A stretch of 64,000 bases of DNA, from assembly GCA_039818205.1 (NCBI GenBank), contig JBCBUK010000005.1, forward strand, positions 192,001 through 256,000, read 5' to 3'. The notes under the pieces were generated by a model. It was given only the letters and a program-made list of their open reading frames with translations, searched no databases and had not been told where the DNA came from. The stretch comes from Verrucomicrobiota bacterium. GTDB lineage: Bacteria > Verrucomicrobiota > Verrucomicrobiia > Opitutales > Cerasicoccaceae. Shown one piece after another: positions 49,447 to 58,500 of the stretch (the first letter of the stretch is position 1; every line of letters starts with the position of its first letter). The translations under genes and the position numbers were made by a program.

Positions 49447-49839
49447 CGGCCGACACAAGCAAGCCAGGATTCAACGCTCGCTGTAGCGCACACGCTTAGG
49501 TGCACTGCGACTACCTATGCTATAGGATAGTATCTTTTGGATACCTTGTTAGACGGTATTTTTTTGGTATCATTCCTAACACACTCGGATCACTATCCCC
49601 AGAGCCAACGAACATCCACCGTAAGGATCTACTATGCTTCCGCCCGTATCTCTCGGATACATCTAGCTACCCAGACACGCTCTGGGCGCCGAACAACTAG
49701 GCTCCAACGAGCCATCTCCCTCGGGCTAGAACCTTCGCCTTAAACGATTCAAGGGAGACACCTGAGATCCATTGCAGCCAATGCGGGCAATGGCCGGTCC
49801 TGTCATATTATTTTATACGAACCCTAATGAAAACAAACC

Positions 49840-50397
49840 ATGAACCAGACTAAAGAAATCATACACAACCCATTGGGAAAACACCTCTCGGCCATGCTAC
49901 TCCGAATTTGGTTAGGAATGCGAGCCGTTCAAGCCGGCGTCGAGAAGTTTGCTGGAAAAGACCTAACCGAAGTGCCTTCGATCATCGATGGTAAACCGAA
50001 CGACAGCGGCCTCATGGAGGTCGTCGAAGTTAAAGTCTATTCCTGGAATGCATACAAAGGCATACCGGAAGCGCTAAGTGGCAAATTCTACCGTGAGCCC
50101 CTCCTGCCCGATTTTTCCCTCATTATCTACAACTGGATTCTCGGACCCGCGTTTATCATCCTCGGCATGGCACTGCTTCTCGGCATCGCTAGTCGTTTAT
50201 CGCTTTTCGCCATGGGGCTGCTTTACACTAGCTTGACCTTTGGTCTCATACTACTCAACCAATCGTCGGGCATCGCCTGGCTTGGCGTCCATCTATTCTT
50301 GATAGTCATGATGCTCAATCTGGCCGACTACAATCGCTATGAACTTGGCAACCTGTTGGCTGATCGGCTCAAGCTCTCGTTCTTAAAACAAAAATAG
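49840..50397 (+). CDS. DoxX-family membrane protein
   Basis: LLRIWLGMRAVQAGVEKF followed by further TM helices (ILGMALLLGI..R...LTFGLIL); 12 nt upstream of an oxidoreductase. Confidence 0.7.
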   Translation: MNQTKEIIHNPLGKHLSAMLLRIWLGMRAVQAGVEKFAGKDLTEVPSIIDGKPNDSGLMEVVEVKVYSWNAYKGIPEALSGKFYREPLLPDFSLIIYNWILGPAFIILGMALLLGIASRLSLFAMGLLYTSLTFGLILLNQSSGIAWLGVHLFLIVMMLNLADYNRYELGNLLADRLKLSFLKQK

Positions 50398-50409
50398 GAG
50401 GCTATTGAA

Positions 50410-51834
50410 ATGAGCGAAAACGAAATCATCAGTCGCCGAAACTTCGTGAAGGCGAGCGGCGTTGCCAGCGCAGGCATACTACTGGGTGCACCCAACATCA
50501 TTCGCGCAGAATCACTCAGGGCACCGTCCGACGAGATCCGCGTTGCTTTCATCGGATGCGGCAAGCAGCATCTCGTGCTTTGGGACGTGATGAAGAACAT
50601 TCCCGGGCTGCGATTTGTAGCTGCCTGCGACATCATGTGGGAGAGTCGCCTCAAAGCGACCGTCGGCCGTGTACGCGGCACCTTCGGCAATATGATGGCT
50701 TACTATACCGATGCGGAGGAGATGCTCACGAAAGAAGGTAAGAACATCGATGCCGTGATCGTGACTACCCCAGATTTTTGGCACGCCCCGCACACAGTAA
50801 TGGCTCTCGAAGCGGGTTGCCATGTCTATTGCGAGAAGATGATGTCGGATACTCTGGAAGGTGCACGCAGCATGGTTGAGGCGATGGACCGCACGGGAAA
50901 ACTTTGCCAGATCGGACACCAGCGGCGTAGCAATCCCCGCTATCGATTCGTTCTCGATGAACTAATCAGAAAACATCGACTCTGCGGAAAGATCTTGAAC
51001 GTAAACGGTCAATGGAACCGATCACTCGGATCCTCCAATGATCAAACTTACGCGGTGACTAAGCACCTTCCCGACGCGGCCACCTTGCGCCAATATGGTT
51101 TCAATGGTGGAACCAACAAACAGCTATCGCTTGAGGAACTCCAGAGACGGTTTCTGAACTGGCGATTCTATAAAGCACTTTCTGGAGGACCAATCTCAGA
51201 CCTCGGCGCCCACCAAATTGACATCTTCAACTGGTATCTGAAAGCGCGTCCTAAAAGCCTTGTCGCGTCCGGTGGCCGAAGCTACTTCAAGGACCGCGAA
51301 CACTTCGACAATGTCATGTGCATCTTCGACTACGATACGCCGGACGGAAATGCGCGAGCCTTCTATCAAGTACTCACAACGACCAGCGCAGGCGGCGGAT
51401 ATTATGAATCGTTTATGGGAACGGAAGGCACCATCGAGATTTCGGAGCGTGAGGCCTTCACGAATATCTACAAAGAATCCGGTGCCGATGGCGCAAAGTG
51501 GGACGACCTTGTTGCCCGGGGATACTTGAAGAAGGGAGCAGTTGGTGTCGCGGCTGGGGGTCCAGATGCAATCGCATCCTACGCCTCTCCACCGCCAGAC
51601 CGATACTCACTTCCTGGCGGCCTCGGAGTGATTAAAAACCTCAAAGGAAAATCCCGCCACAAACCACCTCATCAACCGCACGTTGAAAACTTCTTTGACG
51701 CGATTCGGGGTAATGCCACACTGACTTGCGATGCCCGACATGCATTAGAGTCCGAAGCTCCAATCTATTGGGTTAACGAAGCGGCTGAAACAGGCGAATC
51801 AATCAAGTTCACTGAGGAGCACCTTCGGGTCTAG
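50410..51834 (+). CDS. Tat-exported Gfo/Idh/MocA oxidoreductase
   Basis: SD GGAGG; signal ISRRNFVK; motifs VAFIGCG, TPDFWH, VYCEK, QIGHQRRS and GGPISDLGAHQID. Confidence 0.92.
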   Translation: MSENEIISRRNFVKASGVASAGILLGAPNIIRAESLRAPSDEIRVAFIGCGKQHLVLWDVMKNIPGLRFVAACDIMWESRLKATVGRVRGTFGNMMAYYTDAEEMLTKEGKNIDAVIVTTPDFWHAPHTVMALEAGCHVYCEKMMSDTLEGARSMVEAMDRTGKLCQIGHQRRSNPRYRFVLDELIRKHRLCGKILNVNGQWNRSLGSSNDQTYAVTKHLPDAATLRQYGFNGGTNKQLSLEELQRRFLNWRFYKALSGGPISDLGAHQIDIFNWYLKARPKSLVASGGRSYFKDREHFDNVMCIFDYDTPDGNARAFYQVLTTTSAGGGYYESFMGTEGTIEISEREAFTNIYKESGADGAKWDDLVARGYLKKGAVGVAAGGPDAIASYASPPPDRYSLPGGLGVIKNLKGKSRHKPPHQPHVENFFDAIRGNATLTCDARHALESEAPIYWVNEAAETGESIKFTEEHLRV

Positions 51835-51840
51835 CACCCG

Positions 51841-52692
51841 TCACTCTTTAGTGGAGGTCGCGCAATGTGTTGGCGGGTGGCCAAATGTCTTCGTGTAGAA
51901 ACGTGTAAAATCATTGGCATGTTTGTATCCGAGCTTAAAAGCAACCGCCTTCACCGGATCTCCTTCCTCTAATAGCCGCCGGGCAGTGTCCGCTTTCAAG
52001 GATTGAAAAACGGTTAGCGGGCGCTGGCCACCATGCTTCAAAAAGATGCGCTGCAGCGTCGACTCCGAAACACCAAGGTAAACCGCAAGCTCCGAGACGG
52101 GTTGAACCGCGTGCAAATTCTGATGCATCCAATGCAGACCAATCTCATAGCGATTCTTGCGGTCGGCCTTCGAAGAACTTCCGACTCTCGACCGCACAAT
52201 GAAAACATCCAGGCTATGTCGCAGCCCCGTCAGAGCCGATGCAGTATAGTCGTCGAGAACGCCGATCTCATGGCGACAATCGCGGTGAAGTTTCTCCAAT
52301 ACCGGAAGTTGCCGTTGGTCCAACTTCCAAACCTTGTGCCCTCTCTGCTCGGGTTTCAGCTCAGCAATGGTTGGAGCTTCATTCCAAATCCAAACCAATA
52401 TCTTGCATTGAACTTTAGGTGCGTCCGACCAACCCATCGGACAAAGCTCATCAAAGATCGCAATCGACCCTTCGGGTATTTCTACCTCTGAGGCTTCAGT
52501 CACGACTTTCGGGCAACCCTCAAGCACAGCCGCATACACGAATCCAAAATTGTCTTGAGCACTGAGTGGACAATCACCGAACCGTCGTGCACCCCAACCG
52601 AGGTAAACAAGTGGAATCGATACCTTCGTTTCGGGAATCGTAAATCCGCGCCGCCCGGGCGGAGGCCGAAATTTTGAGGCAATTTGTTCCAT
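51841..52692 (-). CDS. AraC-family transcriptional regulator
   Basis: VSELAVYLGVSESTLQRIF...VKAVAFKLGYKHANDFTRFYTKTFGHPP. Confidence 0.9.
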   Translation of the reverse strand: MEQIASKFRPPPGRRGFTIPETKVSIPLVYLGWGARRFGDCPLSAQDNFGFVYAAVLEGCPKVVTEASEVEIPEGSIAIFDELCPMGWSDAPKVQCKILVWIWNEAPTIAELKPEQRGHKVWKLDQRQLPVLEKLHRDCRHEIGVLDDYTASALTGLRHSLDVFIVRSRVGSSSKADRKNRYEIGLHWMHQNLHAVQPVSELAVYLGVSESTLQRIFLKHGGQRPLTVFQSLKADTARRLLEEGDPVKAVAFKLGYKHANDFTRFYTKTFGHPPTHCATSTKE

Positions 52693-52773
52693 TCAAACTG
52701 AAAATTAGCAGATAATGGGTCGGCTCAAAAGCAAGAATACCTCCTGATGACAATACCGCTAATCCGCATCAAA

Positions 52774-54825
52774 TCAATCAACCACTGAAACCTGTGAATA
52801 GCGATCCTCCGCCTGATAGGGTTTCAATCCAAGCGCAATATCAATGATCTCCTGAGCACGCCGCAACCCATTCCCAGTTACGGCACCAATTGCAACTTGC
52901 TCTTGAAGAAATCCAAGGCTTGCTTGTCCGTCAGCAATGAACGCCCAGCGTGCTTGATCGATCTTACCAGCATCATCACCCACGAGGTCATTCCAACGCA
53001 TTTGGCGCTGATCAGGACCGAGCTCATTCACCCCACCCAACAAGGTCACGGAAAAATTATCAATACCCCATTCCCGACTCGGCTGGCCACCCATATAGAG
53101 CCGTAACGATTCCGTCGAATGAGGAACGATGATCGAAAAGCGGTACATCGCATCGGCCGAGAAATCATAGTCCCGCAACTCACAGTGGCGCAAATAGCCC
53201 AATGCTTGAGTTTCGCTGGCACCGCTACCGGCGATAAATTCCGAAGCTCCCGCAATTGAATCGGGAAAGTGCTGTTGATACTTGTCGATTCCATCCAACC
53301 CCACGGGCGAGATTTCCTCCGGTAGAAAAATGTTGTTAAACGAGGTATGCAACAGCGTCGGCCCACCATCAACCCAAAGCTTCCACTCCGAGGGACCGTA
53401 CTGTCCGTGACCGCCCCACGAACCCAAAATGAGCAAATCAAATTCGATCTTAATCGCTTGGTGGCTCTCCAAATCGGCCAGGTTTAATAATTGCCGATCA
53501 CTCGGCCAAAACGGCCCAAGGAATTGTCGCCTACCAGTCGGCGATTCAGAAACCCAACGACGCAACCACCACGGACCTGAGGTCCCGTTGTCAAAGTTTT
53601 CATTGATGAGAGCAACTGATTCCGGTGGTACGATCCCAGACGCAGCGGAAGCTATCTCAACATCACTTGGACCATGCCAGTAGGCCTCAGCGACAGCAAA
53701 CTGTCCGCCACGCCACGCAAGCAACACACCAAGCACCGCCAGAGGAACGAACAATGCGTAGGTCGGAAATCTCAATGGCGGAGAGTCAGCCTCGGCCAAA
53801 ATACGACTGACCCGGCCAAGCGTAGACTCACGCGCAGCAAGCCCAGACGCGGCGAGCACATGACCACCTTCCATACGTCGCTCTTCTATCTGCGCCAGAG
53901 CCTTTGCATACTGTATGCGGTCGGAACCGGATTGCGTCGCCAGGTCATCACAACAGTTTTCACGCTCTAATCGAACATGCCGATTGAGTAGCCAAACAGC
54001 GGGCTGAAAAAACAAAACAACTTCCGTTGTGACCTGCCAGAGATTAACCCAGTAATCATGGCGTTTTATGTGGGCAAGCTCGTGGGCGAGGATTCCCTCC
54101 AAACCTTCATCGTCCTCGTTCGACCAAAAGTTGTCTGCCGGAATCAACAAGGTCGAACGCAAGCCTCCGATCACCAACGGTGAATTGATCAAGGTGGAAC
54201 CCTTGACCTCAATCTCCTGGCCGATCCCCATTCGCTCCTTCAAACTGCCGATAACCGTATAAGCGCGGCGCGGCATCGGTGCGCCACTGCAGTTTGCGAG
54301 CTTCCGCGCCCACAGATATTGAGTCGCGACAAACACCAATCGCAAAATCATCCCCAAAAACGCGACAAGGCCGACCCAATAGGCCCATGGCGCCAGGGGC
54401 TGCGAACAATGATGCCAAACGAACTGATTAAACCGAGTCACAAAGGAGGTGGCCTCCGCACTCTCCGCAGCGACTACAACCGGATCAGATTCAACCAGTG
54501 TTTGACCGTCATTGACTTCGCCCGTCGATTGCGCGGCCGGTGGGGTACTAATTGCCGAGTTGCCAACAGGCACCGGCAGCTGGATCGGAATTGCACCGGG
54601 TTCGCGAATCGATAACTCGTAGTTGCGATAGCTCGATACCCACCAACCCAGGAAAGCCACCTGAAGAACTATAAGAAACGTTAGACCCAATGAGTAGCGT
54701 AACGACGCTTGGCGAAGATCAACCCACCGCAGCACGAGGAGCCCAATTGCTCCGAGCAAAAGCAGCGGCAGGAAGGACAACAAGATCGCCCAGCCCAGAG
54801 CAGCAAGTTGGTCATTAATGTTCAT
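52774..54825 (-). CDS. BlaR1/MecR1-like M56 membrane metallopeptidase with a non-penicillin-binding extracytoplasmic domain
   Basis: TM helices, ASLRY, SPLVIG...LLIP, AHELAHIKRHD, FFQPAVW and ERENCCD. C-terminal domain FLGPF...IEFDLLILGSW...WGIDNFSV. Confidence 0.88.
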   Translation of the reverse strand: MNINDQLAALGWAILLSFLPLLLLGAIGLLVLRWVDLRQASLRYSLGLTFLIVLQVAFLGWWVSSYRNYELSIREPGAIPIQLPVPVGNSAISTPPAAQSTGEVNDGQTLVESDPVVVAAESAEATSFVTRFNQFVWHHCSQPLAPWAYWVGLVAFLGMILRLVFVATQYLWARKLANCSGAPMPRRAYTVIGSLKERMGIGQEIEVKGSTLINSPLVIGGLRSTLLIPADNFWSNEDDEGLEGILAHELAHIKRHDYWVNLWQVTTEVVLFFQPAVWLLNRHVRLERENCCDDLATQSGSDRIQYAKALAQIEERRMEGGHVLAASGLAARESTLGRVSRILAEADSPPLRFPTYALFVPLAVLGVLLAWRGGQFAVAEAYWHGPSDVEIASAASGIVPPESVALINENFDNGTSGPWWLRRWVSESPTGRRQFLGPFWPSDRQLLNLADLESHQAIKIEFDLLILGSWGGHGQYGPSEWKLWVDGGPTLLHTSFNNIFLPEEISPVGLDGIDKYQQHFPDSIAGASEFIAGSGASETQALGYLRHCELRDYDFSADAMYRFSIIVPHSTESLRLYMGGQPSREWGIDNFSVTLLGGVNELGPDQRQMRWNDLVGDDAGKIDQARWAFIADGQASLGFLQEQVAIGAVTGNGLRRAQEIIDIALGLKPYQAEDRYSQVSVVD

Positions 54826-54832
54826 CACATCA

Positions 54833-55234
54833 TCAACCGTTGTGTCCGCGTTCGGATTCAGCTTGCTCGATCATCTTCTTGATCTCGGACAACTCATCAC
54901 TATCGATTTTCTTAGAATCTAATAGACTCATAACCACCTTCTGCGCACTGCCTTGAAACGCGCGATCAGTGATGTCCGCCAAAATCTGCTGACGAGTTAC
55001 ATCACGCGATTTAGCCGGACGGTAAAGCATCGGGTGAACTGAGTCGTCTCGAATCACTAAGCCCTTCTCCACCATGACACGCACCATTGTCTGAATGGTC
55101 GTGTAGCTCTTGGTTTCGGAATTGCTAATATTGTTTTGGATGATGCCCAAGGGACAAGGCGCGTGCTCCCAAAGTACTTCCAAAATATGTAGCTCAACTT
55201 CTGTAGGCTGTTGTGACGCTTTTCGAGGCATCAT
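54833..55234 (-). CDS. BlaI/MecI/CopY family repressor
   Basis: PTEVELHILEVLW...SYTTIQTMVRVMVEKGLV...FQGSAQKVVMSLL...ELSEIKKMI. Confidence 0.92.
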   Translation of the reverse strand: MMPRKASQQPTEVELHILEVLWEHAPCPLGIIQNNISNSETKSYTTIQTMVRVMVEKGLVIRDDSVHPMLYRPAKSRDVTRQQILADITDRAFQGSAQKVVMSLLDSKKIDSDELSEIKKMIEQAESERGHNG

Positions 55235-55405
55235 TTCAACCTACTGGATCAACTATCCAATGACCAGCTGAATTCGCATCTAATGTGTAAATTATTAGTC
55301 AATGAAACTCGACTTCCAACATGACTAAAAGTCGCTTTAACCTTTCATAATCAATAATTAATGAACCCAAATAGTAGTTCTAGATTTTCAATCGATTGCC
55401 GCTCA

Positions 55406-55442
55406 AACTATTTTCATAGTTGTCTTAACTAATAATTTAGTT
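55406..55442. promoter_or_regulatory. Tandem palindromic operators AACTA-N6-TAGTT (putative BlaI-family sites)
   Basis: AACTATTTTCATAGTT at 55406-55421 and AACTAATAATTTAGTT at 55427-55442, a 21-bp period, in the divergent intergenic region. Confidence 0.7.
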
Positions 55443-55578
55443 ATTCATCGAACCATATTTTCTTGGCCACTGTATCATTCAGAAATCCATGGTGCCCAAG
55501 ATGCCTAAGCCTGAATATTATTCGATCCATTGATAGTTGGCGACGCTGTGTCGCCTTTTTAATCCGCTGAATTCTGCT

Positions 55579-58500
55579 ATGAAATCCTTCTCTAGCATTG
55601 TCCGTGTTTGCCTGTTGGCATCCACCTATCTAACCATTCATTCCTCCCTGACCGCTGCCGGGTTTGCCAATGTGCAACAAACGGAAGGCGCCTTGCTCAG
55701 CGGCATCATCGCTGAGAACCAGGGGCGAACCGCGCTCATTGCCTACCACAACGGCATCCTGTTCTCGATACCAGAGAGTCCGGGAAGCCGTTCGGGTTCA
55801 GACCTGCAGGTGCGAACCTGGAACATCTCCGATCCAACCAACCCACAGGAGCTTGCCCAGTGGGGCGTCACGCCGCAGCCAGGCAATGCCCATGGCTACA
55901 CCAAGAGCGGCGACTATCTGATCATCGGCCCGAACGGGTTCAACGTTGATCCCTGGTCATTCCGAGCCGACGGCGCACTCGGTTCAGGCCAACTAACTCG
56001 CACTCAGTTTCCATCCATCTCCGGATTTCTACCAGTCGGTGTTCGTGGCGGATTGATGTATCCATTCTATGTCCGCGAATACTGGAGCTATAGCGCTATT
56101 CCGGAAGGCGAAGCGGGCTACGCTGAATTGCGGCGGGGAACACCGTTCACGCAGGAGCCCCTGGCTTCATGGGACCATATCGGACTCACTGGCGTTATTG
56201 GCCACCCATTTGTGGTCGGCAACTTGTTGATCTATGCCTCAGACCAAAGCCGAACTGGCGTAGCCACCTATGACATCAGCGACTTGTCCAACCCGGTATT
56301 GCTTGATGTGCTTACGACTGGCGGGGCCGGTGGCTATTGGCCCGAACTTTGGGGTAGCGGCGATGGTAGCCTCTATGTTGTGTTTCCCTACCGTTCGGGG
56401 GGTAACGGTATGCGAGTCGTCGACGTCACCGATCCCAGCAATATCGAGTTCGTTACCGACATACCGCTCTCAGGGCAGGAGGCAATGTATTGTCAGTTCC
56501 AAGACGAGTTTGCATTCATCGGCAACCATAAGATCGACATGCGCACCTACCAATCCGTGCTCGACTTTCACGACCCAGCCAATGGAAACGGTGACACAAC
56601 CTACATCAACGTCAGCCAGTTTGCCCTGCCAATTGGAAACCTGCTTGTAACCGGTGGTGTTGATGCCTTTCAGGAAGGTGCTCAGGGGATGGCAATCTGG
56701 GCCCACCAAGCGGACCCCGATACCCGCGGCCCTTACGTAGCCTATCACATCCCGCGCAGTGGCGAAACCAACTACCCGCAATCAGCGTCCATCAGCTTGC
56801 TAATCCACGAAACCCTGGAAACACCCAGCATTGCCAATGGAACCTCGTTCATTGTTCGGCCCGTTGGCGGAGATGCGATATCCGGTATCCTTAGCTTCGC
56901 CTTTGACGACATACTAACATTCACCCCGGACTCGGACCTCCTTCCGAACACAACCTACGAAGTCATCCTGCCAGCAGGCGGTATCGAAGACGCCGCAGGC
57001 AATGGCATGGAAGAGTACTCGTTTACCTTCTCAACCGGAGACAACCTCTCGGGCAATCTTGCTCCGGTGATTAGCAGCTACACAAGTAATCAGTATCCAC
57101 TTGCGCCAGGCGTGACGGTGACCTTGTCAGCCACCGCTGCGGACCCCGAAGGCAGCGCAATCGAATACCGATTTGATTATGGAGACGGCTCTCCCAAGAC
57201 CGCATGGGGCAACTCCGCAAGCGTTGATGTATCTTACTCCGAGCCTGGGCACTACAAAACATCAGTCCAGGTCCGCGATACCGACGGTAGCATCAGCTCA
57301 GCGGTCCATACGGTAACGGTCGTCAACGCCCTACCCCAACCCCAACCCACCCACAGCACACCCATCCTTTGCGACGACAACACGGGATACGTCTGGACAG
57401 TAAACCCGGATAACAACACCGTAACCGCCGTTGATTCCGCTACCTTGCAAACGATCGTTGAGGCACCCGTTGGACGAGATCCACGCAGCATCGCATTGGC
57501 CTCTGATGGAAACATCTGGGTGACCTGCCACGACGACGATCAAATCGATATCCTTGCCGGAGACACCGGTCTGCTTATTCAAACCATACCGCTCGACTAT
57601 GGAAGCGCGCCGATGGGCATTGTCATGTCGCCCGATGGCAACACCGCCTTCGTCGCCCTCTATGGCAGCGGTGACGTCGTTCGTTTCAACGCGGTAACCC
57701 GCGTATCAACCGGATCAACGGTATTAGGTGACACACCGTTCGCACTCGCCGTGACGGCGGACGGAGGGAACGTCCTCGTTACTCGACTTGTTTCTCCGCA
57801 AAACCACGGTGAAGTTTGGGACGTAGACACGGGCACGATGACGCTCGCTCGCACCATCCAGTTGCCCAAGTTTGGTGGCGGTCCTGACTTTCCGGGCACA
57901 CCAAATCTCGATGGCACGGCGAGCGGCCGGGGCGTTCCAAACTACCTCGCGGGTATCATCATTACGCCTGACAACCAACGAGTTTGGATCTCTGGAACCA
58001 AAACAAACACCGAACGGGGGACACTCTTCACGCCGGACCTCGACCAGGACAATACGGTTCGAAATATCCTTTGCGCCGTCAACCTCGCCACCGGTCAGCT
58101 CTTAGACAATACCATCGACCTGGACAACAGCATCTCTGCAAAGGGAATGGCATACTCGCCCCTTGGCGATTACCTTCTGGTCACTCTAGAAGGTAACGAC
58201 GGTGTCCTCCTGTTCGATGCGCTCAAGTTTGATTCGACGACGGGCACTGGTGCTCTGCTATCGCGTCTCGATGTTGGTGCGGCTCCTCAAGGTGTATGTG
58301 TCGACCCAACGACAAATCGCATTTTTGTTAAAAACTTTATGGATCGCTCAATCACGGTGCTCGATGCCGACTCGTTCTTTCAAACCGGCGACAGCACCAT
58401 GACGACAACTACGGTCGGAACCGTTAGCAACGAGCAACTCGATCCGGAGATTCTCCTCGGAAAGCAAATCTTCTACAATGCTTCTGATGAGCGCATGAGT

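Noticed and set aside
49500..49743. Small ORFs in the MFS-DoxX intergenic region
   Set aside because: Non-ATG starts and no recognisable features; the region looks regulatory.
52774..55234. Beta-lactam resistance locus
   Set aside because: No beta-lactamase or PBP gene is adjacent, and the sensor domain does not resemble a penicillin-binding domain.
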